From contig JACUUX010000002.1 in NCBI GenBank assembly GCA_014859105.1, forward strand, positions 34,118 through 98,117: DNA of 64,000 nucleotides. The letters run 5' to 3'. Position 1 is the stretch's first letter. Each line of letters opens with the position of its first letter. This document shows positions 28,498-37,486 of the stretch, in pieces. The notes under the pieces are model-generated. The model was not told where the DNA came from and did not search any database. It was given only the letters and a program-made list of their open reading frames with translations. A program made the translations under genes and the position numbers. This stretch comes from Nitrospirota bacterium. GTDB taxonomy: Bacteria; Nitrospirota; Thermodesulfovibrionia; Thermodesulfovibrionales; SM23-35.

Positions 28498-30137
28498 ATT
28501 ATAACCATCAACTCTCATTAAAAGAGTTACCGTATATAATCCGCTGGAGAGGGGATAGATGCACGAGTTGTGGCAGATGTACTGCAGTCTGTCCTGTAAA
28601 GGCGATCGAGCCTGCTGTTAAGGTTCATAGGATTGTCCAATCTGAGGGGTTCATTCCCACACCTTCTGCGGTAAGAAAAATCGTACACGTCATTGAACAG
28701 GTAGCGGACCTGGACAGGTATTGCACCGGATGTGGAACCTGTACATTAGTTTGCCCTAATGACGCTATAGAGCCTGAATACAACCCCCATAACAAATTTC
28801 TTTATTTTAAAAACAGGGGTGGTGAAGGATACAAAAGGGGTGGCAGGAGGAACGACCCGTCAATATCAACCCTCGACAGGCTTAAATTTACAAGGATTTC
28901 AATGCTTACGGATCCTGCTCTTGATGCGGGAAGACATGAGTTCCGCGTGAGGACGCTGCTTGGCCGAATCCTTCCACCAGAAGAACTTCCTTTGAAAAGA
29001 GTTAACGGCAAACTCATGGTTGATAAAGAAAGTAGTAAATTTATTCCACCTGTCAGGGAGATATTTCCTATCATAATTGGAAGCATGTCACTTGGTGCAC
29101 TTTCACCCTCCATGTGGGAGGGGCTCGCAATGGGTGTCGCATATCTCAATGAGGTCGAAGGTCTTCCGGTGGTCATGTGCACAGGTGAAGGTGGTGTACC
29201 TCCTCGCCTTTTAAAATCAAAGTATCTCAAATACTTTATAGTCCAGATTGCATCAGGATATTTTGGATGGGATGAAATTATACACGCTATACCTGACATG
29301 GTTGAAGACCCTGCAGGTATTGAAATAAAATACGGGCAGGGGGCAAAGCCGGGTGACGGTGGATTATTGATGGCACAAAAGGTTCTTAAACTGATTGCCG
29401 GTATCCGTGGTGTGCCTCAATTTGTTGACCTTGCGTCACCCCCTACACACCAGACAAAATATTCTATCGAAGAGGCTGTAGCAAAGATGATCCAATCCAT
29501 GTCCATGGCGTGGGGCTTCAGAGTCCCGGTCTATCCGAAAATTTCCGGTACAAAAACAGCAAGGGCAGTCCTTAATAATCTTGCCAGAAACCCATATGCT
29601 GCAGCGCTTTCCATCGACGGAGAAGACGGAGGCACAGGTGCTGCATATAACGTGTCTATGGATAAAATGGGTCACCCCATAGCATCAAACCTGAGGGAAT
29701 GCTATCTCGACCTTGTTAGACAGGGAAAGCAGAATGAACTGCCTCTTATTGCAGCAGGTGGTGTTGCTAAGAAAGGTAATCTGGCTGCTAATGCAGCTGC
29801 TCTCATAATGCTCGGGGCCTCTGCTGTCTCTGTTGGTAAATATATCATGCAGGCAACAGCAAATTGCTTCGGCGATGAATACAATCGCTGCAACCTGTGT
29901 AATACCGGTAAATGTCCAAGGGGTATAACTACACAGGATCCGAAATTATACAGAAGACTCGATTCAGACAAAGTGGCTGAACGTCTTGTTGAAGTCTTCA
30001 AGGCTGCTAATGTGGAGATGAGGAAGATTTTTGCACCAATGGGCAGGAGTACCGAATTGCCGATAGGAATGTCTGATGGATTAAGTATAGATGATAAGGC
30101 AATGGCAGAGAGGTTGGATATTAGTTATGCGTGTTAA
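28476..30137 (+). CDS. Glutamate synthase FMN/central-domain subunit with N-terminal 2x[4Fe-4S] ferredoxin
   Basis: CTSCGRCTAVCP and CTGCGTCTLVCP. GltS FMN-domain motifs GAKPGDGG, SPPTHQ, DGEDGGTGA and AAGG. Confidence 0.8.
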   Translation: MESATKLDYNHQLSLKELPYIIRWRGDRCTSCGRCTAVCPVKAIEPAVKVHRIVQSEGFIPTPSAVRKIVHVIEQVADLDRYCTGCGTCTLVCPNDAIEPEYNPHNKFLYFKNRGGEGYKRGGRRNDPSISTLDRLKFTRISMLTDPALDAGRHEFRVRTLLGRILPPEELPLKRVNGKLMVDKESSKFIPPVREIFPIIIGSMSLGALSPSMWEGLAMGVAYLNEVEGLPVVMCTGEGGVPPRLLKSKYLKYFIVQIASGYFGWDEIIHAIPDMVEDPAGIEIKYGQGAKPGDGGLLMAQKVLKLIAGIRGVPQFVDLASPPTHQTKYSIEEAVAKMIQSMSMAWGFRVPVYPKISGTKTARAVLNNLARNPYAAALSIDGEDGGTGAAYNVSMDKMGHPIASNLRECYLDLVRQGKQNELPLIAAGGVAKKGNLAANAAALIMLGASAVSVGKYIMQATANCFGDEYNRCNLCNTGKCPRGITTQDPKLYRRLDSDKVAERLVEVFKAANVEMRKIFAPMGRSTELPIGMSDGLSIDDKAMAERLDISYAC

Positions 30138-32607
30138 AAAAACAGAAGGCAGAAGTCAGAAATCAGAAGTCAGCCCCCTCACCCACCCCTCCCCCTCGAG
30201 GGGGGAGGGCAAGGGTGGGGGTGTCATCATACGCGGCACGTTAAATAGGACCCGGGTTTCATCCCGTATACTTGAGGAACAGATACAGCAGGCGGTAAGA
30301 GACGGTGCAGGAGAATTGCATATAATAGCAGACGGACAACATGGTATCGGTGGCAGAATCTGGCCGAGGGGAAAGATTATAAAGATAACAGTTGAAGGGC
30401 CTGTTGGCCAGAGGCTCGGAAGCATGGGGATGTTCGGCACAGAGATTCTTGTAAAGGGAAGTGCTTCTGATGATGCTGGCTGGATTAACTGTGGCGCCAG
30501 AATAACCGTTTTGGGAGATGTTACCAACGGCGCCTTTAATGCTGCGGCGCAGGGAATTCTTTATGTTCAGGGAAGCGGTGGTGCAAGATGTGATACAATG
30601 ACAAAACACAACCCGCGTTTTGATCCCCCACAGTCGTGGTATTTCAGAAATGTCGGAGACTCCTTCGCAGAATTTAAAGCAGGTGGCATAGCGGTTGTGT
30701 GCGGTGTTAACCCGAGGAATTCACAAAACATACTCGGATATCGCCCATGTGTTGGGATGGTTGGAGGAACAATCTACTTCAGGGGCCCGATTAAAGAATA
30801 TAGCGAAAGAGACGTTAAACTCCTCGATCTTACGCAACAAGACTGGGAATGGCTTAAGACAAATATAAAACCATATCTTGAGGCTATTGACCGGATGTCA
30901 TACTATGAGGAACTTACCCGTTCACCTGATGAATGGAAAAAATTCATTGCCTATACACCGCAGGAAAAAAGGTCAAGAAGATGGTTCAAGATATCAACCT
31001 CTGACTTCAGAAAAAATTTCAGGGAGAAGGAGGTCGGTGAAGGCGGCATATTTGCACCATATCTGAATCACGAATTCACATTGTTACCTTATATAACAAC
31101 AGGAAAAGACAGGCGTAATAAGCCTGTATGGGCCAACGAGAAATATTCACCACCCTGTGAATATAACTGCCCGACACATATACCGTCTCATAAAAGGGCA
31201 TCACTCATAAGACAGGGCAAACTTTATGAAGCTATTGAATTAGTTCTGCAATACAGTCCTTTACCCGCAACAGTATGCGGACAGATATGTCCAAATTTAT
31301 GCATGCAGAGTTGCACAAGGGGAAAATTCGACAATCCATTGAGCATTAACAAACTGGGAAGTCTGGCATTAAATATTCCGGCTCCGAAGAGAGATGATCC
31401 TACAGGGCATACAATAGCTGTTATCGGAGGAGGACCGGCAGGGTTAAGCGCCTCATGGCAGCTTGCCCTGAAAGGTCATAATATAGGTCTTTACGAAGCC
31501 ACTGATAAGCTTGGCGGAAAACTTGAACTCTGTATACCCAGAGAGCGTCTGCCACAGGAAATACTTCAAAAAGAACTTTCAAGGTTTAGAGAGATGGGCG
31601 TTAATATTTATCTCAATGAAAAAGTAGACCAGAAAAGATTTGAAGAGATTTATAAAAATCATGAAATAGTCATTGTTGCATGCGGAGCTCATAAGCCAAG
31701 GGTTATTCCTTTCTCTGGTTCTGAACATGCTGTTACTGCTTATGACTTCCTCAAAAACGCAAATACAGGTAATCTGCCAGACCTTAAAGGCAGAAAGATT
31801 GTTATCATTGGTGCAGGAAATGTGGGTATGGATGTTGCTTCCCAGGCATATAACTGTGGTGCCGAGTCTGTTATAGCTGTTGATATACAGAAACCGGCAG
31901 CTTTCGGTAAGGAGATGGAAACAGCCGTATCAAAAGGCACACAAATAATCTGGCCCAAGTTTACGGAAAGATACGATAACAATGAAAAGAAACTGTACTT
32001 CAAGGACGGCACATTACTTGATGCGGATCTTGTCATTATTTCAGTGGGTGATATCCCGATACTCGACTTTCTTCCGCCGAGCATACATACAGAGAGAGGA
32101 TGGATAACAGCAAATGAGATCGGACAGACATCTGATGTTAAGGTCTTTGCCATAGGTGATGCTACAGTACCGGGTCTGGTGACACATGCTGTCGGTCAGG
32201 GAAGGATTGCTGCAGAATACGTCCACTATCAGCTCTCAGGAAGGGTTTATAAATATGAGAAGAAGCAGGTGATACCTTATGAAAGGGTTAGGACGGTCTA
32301 CTATGAAGCAGAACACAGAATACAGACCCACCCACCCACCCCTCGAGGGGGGAGGGCAAGGGAGGGGGTGGAGGTCTGGACTCTTGAGTCTGAACTCAGT
32401 AAGAGTGAGGCAGAGAAGTGCATGTCCTGTGGCACATGCCGCGACTGTCATATGTGCGAGATAACCTGTTACTGGGGTGCAATCAAAAGGATTGAACATG
32501 AAAACGGCTCTTACGAGTATGTAGTCGATGACGACAAATGTATTGGTTGCGGCTTTTGCGCAGGCATCTGCCCCTGCGGTGTCTGGGAGATGGTGGAGAA
32601 TATATAA
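30127..32607 (+). CDS. Fusion of the glutamate synthase GXGXG (GltB C-terminal) domain, a GltD-like NAD(P)H oxidoreductase and a C-terminal 2x[4Fe-4S] ferredoxin
   Basis: GQHGIGGRI...GSMGMFG...GDVTNGAFNAAAQGILYVQGSGGAR. GltD Fe-S region CPTHIP...CGQICPNLCMQSC. FAD fold VIGGGPAGLSA. C-terminal CMSCGTCRDC and CIGCGFCAGICP. The ATG at 30127 overlaps the upstream stop. Confidence 0.8.
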   Translation: MRVKKTEGRSQKSEVSPLTHPSPSRGEGKGGGVIIRGTLNRTRVSSRILEEQIQQAVRDGAGELHIIADGQHGIGGRIWPRGKIIKITVEGPVGQRLGSMGMFGTEILVKGSASDDAGWINCGARITVLGDVTNGAFNAAAQGILYVQGSGGARCDTMTKHNPRFDPPQSWYFRNVGDSFAEFKAGGIAVVCGVNPRNSQNILGYRPCVGMVGGTIYFRGPIKEYSERDVKLLDLTQQDWEWLKTNIKPYLEAIDRMSYYEELTRSPDEWKKFIAYTPQEKRSRRWFKISTSDFRKNFREKEVGEGGIFAPYLNHEFTLLPYITTGKDRRNKPVWANEKYSPPCEYNCPTHIPSHKRASLIRQGKLYEAIELVLQYSPLPATVCGQICPNLCMQSCTRGKFDNPLSINKLGSLALNIPAPKRDDPTGHTIAVIGGGPAGLSASWQLALKGHNIGLYEATDKLGGKLELCIPRERLPQEILQKELSRFREMGVNIYLNEKVDQKRFEEIYKNHEIVIVACGAHKPRVIPFSGSEHAVTAYDFLKNANTGNLPDLKGRKIVIIGAGNVGMDVASQAYNCGAESVIAVDIQKPAAFGKEMETAVSKGTQIIWPKFTERYDNNEKKLYFKDGTLLDADLVIISVGDIPILDFLPPSIHTERGWITANEIGQTSDVKVFAIGDATVPGLVTHAVGQGRIAAEYVHYQLSGRVYKYEKKQVIPYERVRTVYYEAEHRIQTHPPTPRGGRAREGVEVWTLESELSKSEAEKCMSCGTCRDCHMCEITCYWGAIKRIEHENGSYEYVVDDDKCIGCGFCAGICPCGVWEMVENI
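30143..30222. repeat. Composite repeat inside the coding 5' end: 4 heptads (cagaagN) plus a family E GC-rich palindrome
   Basis: cagaagg cagaagt cagaaat cagaagt cag + ccccctcacccacccctccccctcgaggggggagggcaagggtgggggtg. Translated as RSQKSEVSPLTHPSPSRGEGKGGG. Confidence 0.8.
32327..32372. repeat. Family E GC-rich palindrome, second in-frame copy in the same gene
   Basis: cccacccacccacccctcgaggggggagggcaagggagggggtgg. Translated as THPPTPRGGRAREGVE, between the GltD-like domain and the terminal ferredoxin. Confidence 0.8.
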
Positions 32608-32612
32608 ACAAA

Positions 32613-32862
32613 GGGGCCAAGGATTCGAGGGTTCGAGGATTCAAGTGAACTGCTCACGAAAACCATATAAGAGGTTGTATTTAGCGTCATTCCCCGACTT
32701 GATCGGGGAATCCAGAAAAAACTGGATTGTCCGGTCAAGCCGGACAATGACAACATATACATTGAATGTGGCAGTGCTTATAAAATTCTTAACAAGAAAC
32801 AGGATTCAAGTTTCTCAATTTCTTAAACCCTTGAATCCTCGACCCCTTGGATCCTCGAATCC
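32613..32862. repeat. Nested composite: family C arms (ggattcgagg/ggattcaag units) flanking a family A element
   Basis: Left arm 32613-32647: ggggccaaggattcgagggttcgaggattcaagt. Family A element 32685-32752. Right arm 32801-32862, inverted: aggattcaag...ccttgaatcctcgaccccttggatcctcgaatcc. Confidence 0.75.
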
Positions 32863-32896
32863 TTCTGATACCTTTTTAAAATGAGATAAAACTTAA

Positions 32897-34414
32897 ATGA
32901 CTCAGTCATTAGCCAGAGAAAATAGAATTCTTTCAGCGCTCCTTGAAGTGAGCAGGGTCATCAATTCCTCGTTCGAGCTTGAGAAAAACCTTTCACGCAC
33001 AATGCGCGTTCTCGGAGACTTTCTTGAAATGGAAAGGGGCTCTGTTTTTCTCCTGAATCATAATACTAAAGAGTTAAAAATCGTTGCCGCTCATGGACTT
33101 ACAAAAGAACAGATAGAAAGGGGTAAATATAGAATCGGAGAAGGTATTGTTGGGAGGGTTATGGAAAAAGGTTCTCCAATGGTCATACCAAATGTAGGCA
33201 ATGAGCCTTTATTTCTTAACAAGACCGGATCAAGACTCGGCAAGGATGGGATTTCTTTCCTCTGTGTCCCGATAAAATTTAAAAGTGATTTCATCGGGGT
33301 CTTGAGCGTAGATAAAATTTTCAAAGATAAAGCCGTGACAATTAATGAAGACATCAGAGTTTTAGAAATATTAGCATCCATAATCGCCCAGTATGTGATT
33401 CTCTGGGAGCATTACAAGGAATCCGAACAGGAGAGGGAAAATCTGAAGCGTGAATTGAAGGGGAAATACAGTCTTCCCAATATTATTGGCTATTCAGATA
33501 GGATGCAGGAAGTATTTGAGGCTGTACGTCTGGTAGCAGATTCAAAGGCTACGGTCATCTTATATGGTGAAAGCGGCACGGGCAAAGAACTTGTGGCTAA
33601 AGCTGTACACTATATGAGTTACAGGTCAAAAGGACCCTTTATTAAATTCAACTGTGCATCAATACCTGAGGGACTTCTTGAGTCCGAACTTTTCGGACAT
33701 GAAAAAGGCGCCTTTACAGGTGCGATATCCACAAGAAAGGGAAAATTCGAACTTGCAAACGGAGGGACGATACTTCTTGATGAATTGGGAGATTTGCCGA
33801 TTAATCTTCAGCCTAAAATATTGCGTGTGCTACAGGAGAGGGAATTTGAGCGTGTTGGTGGAGAGAAGACAATAAAAGTTGACGTCAGACTTATTGCGGC
33901 AACAAGCAGAAACCTTGAAGAACTTGTTTCAAAAGGTAAATTCAGAGAGGATTTATTCTACAGGCTTAATGTCGTCCCGATTTTTATGCCTGCTTTGAGA
34001 GAAAGAAGAGAAGATATACCACTTCTGGTGGAATTTTTTCTGAAACGTTTTAACTCTGAAAACATTAAAGATGTATCACTATCACCCGAAACACTCAGGG
34101 TTCTGATTGATTATAACTGGCCCGGTAATGTAAGGGAACTGGAAAATACAATCGAAAGGCTTGTCGTTATGTCAGGCAGAAACACCATCAAACCCCAGGA
34201 CCTTCCGGTAAATCTGAAATTGTCATCACCCCAGGAGGTTTTACATAAGGAATCATTAAAAGCAGGGATAGAAGATATTGAGAAATCGAGCATTCTCGAT
34301 GCACTTGAGAAAAGTGCGTGGGTTCAGGCAAAGGCAGCAAGGATGTTGGGCCTTACAGCAAGACAGATAGGATATAAGATGAAGAAGTACGGAATAGAAA
34401 TTCTGACTTCCTGA
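32897..34414 (+). CDS. Sigma-54-dependent transcriptional activator with N-terminal GAF domain (NifA-like architecture)
   Basis: GAF region of about 170 aa. AAA+ domain with GESGTGKELVAKAVH, GAFTGA, LDELGDL and RVGG. Fis-type HTH QAKAARMLGLTARQIGYKMKKYGI. Confidence 0.9.
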   Translation: MTQSLARENRILSALLEVSRVINSSFELEKNLSRTMRVLGDFLEMERGSVFLLNHNTKELKIVAAHGLTKEQIERGKYRIGEGIVGRVMEKGSPMVIPNVGNEPLFLNKTGSRLGKDGISFLCVPIKFKSDFIGVLSVDKIFKDKAVTINEDIRVLEILASIIAQYVILWEHYKESEQERENLKRELKGKYSLPNIIGYSDRMQEVFEAVRLVADSKATVILYGESGTGKELVAKAVHYMSYRSKGPFIKFNCASIPEGLLESELFGHEKGAFTGAISTRKGKFELANGGTILLDELGDLPINLQPKILRVLQEREFERVGGEKTIKVDVRLIAATSRNLEELVSKGKFREDLFYRLNVVPIFMPALRERREDIPLLVEFFLKRFNSENIKDVSLSPETLRVLIDYNWPGNVRELENTIERLVVMSGRNTIKPQDLPVNLKLSSPQEVLHKESLKAGIEDIEKSSILDALEKSAWVQAKAARMLGLTARQIGYKMKKYGIEILTS

Positions 34415-34582
34415 TTCCCCCGCAAGAACAATAAGCAAGGCAGCTTTTTTATGCTGTTACCTCCAGAAATTCGGGCTTATCTGACCTATCCAGGATTATT
34501 CACAAACTATGTCCTGTCTATACCCGAGAAAATTTATTCTATTAATTTTCAAAGATTTAAAAAAACATTTAATATCTTTTAT

Positions 34583-34719
34583 TCTGTCATTGCCTGACCC
34601 CGATTGGGCAATCCATTCCACCAATTGTCATGCTCCGACCTGATCGGAGCATCCAGAAAAATAAGGTCTGTATTAGGAGCCTGCCCCGTACTTGATACGG
34701 GAGTCAAGCCGGATAATGA
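34583..34719. repeat. Cluster of family A-type palindromic elements
   Basis: ctgtcattgcctgaccccgattgggcaatcc; ttgtcatgctccgacctgatcggagcatcc; gcctgccccgtacttgatacgggagtcaagccggataatgac. Confidence 0.75.
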
Positions 34720-34776
34720 CGACCATTGGAACAGAGTTCGCCTATGAATAAGATGAGCTATATTCTTTTTTATTGT

Positions 34777-34812
34777 CTTACAAATTTGTAGCATCTTACA
34801 AATTTGTAGCAT
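34777..34812. repeat. Perfect tandem duplication (2 x 18 bp), each unit carrying the palindrome TACAAATTTGTA; candidate operator/UAS
   Basis: cttacaaatttgtagcat cttacaaatttgtagcat. Lies about 140 bp upstream of the porin-amtB-PII-glnA operon start. Confidence 0.6.
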
Positions 34813-34952
34813 TTCTTAAAATATATTTTCTTTTAATTCGGCATGTTACATCTGGCACGATTTTAGATATTTATCAGAAACAGTTGTACTGACAGAGTCC
34901 TTAAAAGAGAATCTCCGGGAGATCGAAAAAGAAGAAATAAAGGAGGACGGGA

Positions 34953-35717
34953 ATGAAAGGTTTAAGAGTTTTAAGTCTGTCTGCGGTCTTAACACTTATA
35001 CTTGCTGTTGGCAGTGTATTTGCTGAGGATATAAAAACATCAGGTTACGCATCGGTTGATATCATGAGCAATTATGTATGGAGAGGGCAGAAACTGAGCA
35101 ATAGCTGGGTAATCCAACCGTCCGTCGGTATTGCCTATGGGGTATTCGGCATCAATATCTGGGCGAATTACGATTCCGATTCAAAGATCGACGAAGGTGA
35201 CGGCCACGGAGAATTCACTGAGACAGATTTAACGCTCAGTTATACACGCTCCGTTGATAGATGGACTTTCGTCGCTGGCTATATATATTATGCGCTCGAT
35301 GGCGCTAATGACACGCAGGAAGCTTATCTGTCGGCGGGATACGATATTCTCCTTAATCCGACGCTCACCTTATATTACGATTTCGACGAGGGAAACGGCG
35401 GATTTGTAGTAGCAGCTATCGGGCATTCCTTCAAGGTTGCCAAAGACGCAAATTGGAATCTCGGTGCGTCTGCAAGCTATAACATCAACAATAAGGTCAT
35501 GGGCTTTGATAAGAACGGAGAGGATTTCAGTAATTTCTACAATGCTGAACTGTCAACGTCGGTCGAAATCCGTCTATGGAAGGCTGTCTCGATATCACCA
35601 AAACTTGCTTACGCTTTTCCTTTGAGCAATGACGCAAAGGAAGCCATTAAGAAGATAAGCGACGACGGCGATAAAGATATCTTTTACGGTGGTGTAAATA
35701 TAACCCTCAGTTTTTAA
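34953..35717 (+). CDS. Outer-membrane beta-barrel, TorF/Gcw_chp-family putative porin
   Basis: Signal peptide ending VFA-ED. SNYVWRGQKLSN.WVIQPS...G...NIWANYD pattern. Alternating beta-strands. C-terminal ...ITLSF. Confidence 0.65.
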   Translation: MKGLRVLSLSAVLTLILAVGSVFAEDIKTSGYASVDIMSNYVWRGQKLSNSWVIQPSVGIAYGVFGINIWANYDSDSKIDEGDGHGEFTETDLTLSYTRSVDRWTFVAGYIYYALDGANDTQEAYLSAGYDILLNPTLTLYYDFDEGNGGFVVAAIGHSFKVAKDANWNLGASASYNINNKVMGFDKNGEDFSNFYNAELSTSVEIRLWKAVSISPKLAYAFPLSNDAKEAIKKISDDGDKDIFYGGVNITLSF

Positions 35718-35729
35718 AGGAGAAAGAAA

Positions 35730-37037
35730 ATGAGAAGGTTTGTCATATTAACGATAATAATCTTGACGTTTATCAGCGGTTTTGCATTTGGCGGGGCAGA
35801 AACGGTTTCTGCTGTGGATGCGGAAGAGCCAGAGATAGATACGGGAGATACGGCATGGATGATAGTTGCAACTGCACTCGTTATGCTTATGACCCTTCCC
35901 GGGCTGGCTCTATTTTACGGAGGTCTGGCAAAACGGAAGGACACTCTCAACACCATGGCCATGTCCTTCGCTACGTACTGTATTGTAAGTTTCCTCTGGA
36001 TCGCCTATGGTTATACATTTGTCTTTGGCCCGGATATTAAAGGGTTTATCGGAGGGACAGAGAAACTGTTCCTCTCGGGCGTCGGAGTCAACAGTCTTTC
36101 GACGACAATCCCTGAATTCATATTCGTTGTTTTTCAGCTCACCTTCGCGGCAATTACCGTTGCGCTTGCAAGCGGTGCGTTTATCGAGAGGATGAAATTT
36201 TCGGCATGGGTTTTCTTTACAGTCCTATGGATGACCTTTGTATACCTTCCGGTTGCGCATTGGGTGTGGGGCGGAGGGTTTCTGGCAAAATTAGGTGCAC
36301 TGGATTTTGCCGGTGGAACGGTCGTTCATATTAATGCAGGTGTTGCCGCCCTTGTCGGCGCGCTGGTTCTAGGCAAGAGGCGAGAAGCAGCTCTTAAACC
36401 GAGCAATTTAACTCTGGTCGTGACAGGCGCAGGTCTTCTATGGTTCGGGTGGTTCGGTTTTAATGCAGGTTCGGCTGTTGCAGCGAACGGACTTGCCGGA
36501 GCAGCTCTTATCAATACCAATATGGCAGCTGCGGTAGCAGCTATATCATGGATGTTTACTGAGTGGATGCATACAAGGAAACCGACTGTTCTCGGCCTTG
36601 CATCGGGGGCGGTCGCAGGTCTCGTTGCAATAACCCCTGCGGCGGGATTCGTAAACATCAGCGGATCTGTCGTCATCGGGATACTTGCAGGTATTTTGCC
36701 TTACTTCTCAGTGGCGACCATAAAGCCGAAACTCGGCTATGATGACTCACTCGATGCCTTTGGTATACACGGGGTTGCAGGAACTTTAGGAGCGATTCTT
36801 ACCGGTATTTTTGCAGACCCTGCAATAAACGATGCGGGTAAAGGACTTTTATATGGGAATCCCGGTCAGCTTATTACACAGCTCATAGCTGCCGGTGTGA
36901 CAATAGTTTATACAGCTATGGTAACTCTTATAATCTTTATTATTATTAAGGCGTTTACAGGTATCAGGGTTGAGGCTGAACATGAAATCACGGGACTAGA
37001 CGAAAGCCAGCACGGAGAAAAAGCTTATAGTTTATAA
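35730..37037 (+). CDS. amtB: Ammonium transporter
   Basis: 435 aa. DTAWM...ALV.LM..PGLALFYGG, FAGG.VVHINAG, GWFGFNAGS and DDSLDAFG.HG..G. Confidence 0.93.
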   Translation: MRRFVILTIIILTFISGFAFGGAETVSAVDAEEPEIDTGDTAWMIVATALVMLMTLPGLALFYGGLAKRKDTLNTMAMSFATYCIVSFLWIAYGYTFVFGPDIKGFIGGTEKLFLSGVGVNSLSTTIPEFIFVVFQLTFAAITVALASGAFIERMKFSAWVFFTVLWMTFVYLPVAHWVWGGGFLAKLGALDFAGGTVVHINAGVAALVGALVLGKRREAALKPSNLTLVVTGAGLLWFGWFGFNAGSAVAANGLAGAALINTNMAAAVAAISWMFTEWMHTRKPTVLGLASGAVAGLVAITPAAGFVNISGSVVIGILAGILPYFSVATIKPKLGYDDSLDAFGIHGVAGTLGAILTGIFADPAINDAGKGLLYGNPGQLITQLIAAGVTIVYTAMVTLIIFIIIKAFTGIRVEAEHEITGLDESQHGEKAYSL

Positions 37038-37041
37038 AAAA

Positions 37042-37106
37042 TGTCATTGAGTCATCAGTCACTGGTCATTATTTTTTGACAATTGACTGATGACTATTGA
37101 CTATTG
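37042..37106. repeat. Family D: inverted arrays of heptad-phased GTCA/TGAC units
   Basis: tgtcat tgagtcat cagtcac tggtcat - tatt - ttttgac aattgac tgatgac tattgac tattga. Same design as 10081-10140. Confidence 0.7.
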
Positions 37107-37113
37107 ATATTAA

Positions 37114-37464
<351 letters not shown>

Positions 37465-37486
37465 AATCCAAAAGGAGGATCATTAA

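Noticed and set aside
32511-32884. ORFs of 83 aa (-) and 118 aa (+) after the glutamate synthase genes
   Set aside because: Both are built from the nested family C and family A repeats. Their peptide strings such as QGFEGSRIQ and SLSGLTGQS are repeat translations.
34579-34812. 77-aa minus-strand ORF (MLQICKMLQICK...)
   Set aside because: It is composed entirely of the 18-bp tandem repeat and family A palindromes read in frame. It is not a gene.
34853-34868. Possible sigma-54 promoter TGGCACGATTTTAGAT upstream of the porin-amtB operon
   Set aside because: The -24 element TGGCAC is perfect. At the -12 position the sequence reads TAGAT, not TTGCW, so the near-invariant GC dinucleotide is missing at the required spacing. 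I do not report it as a promoter, but it is worth a formal PWM scan.
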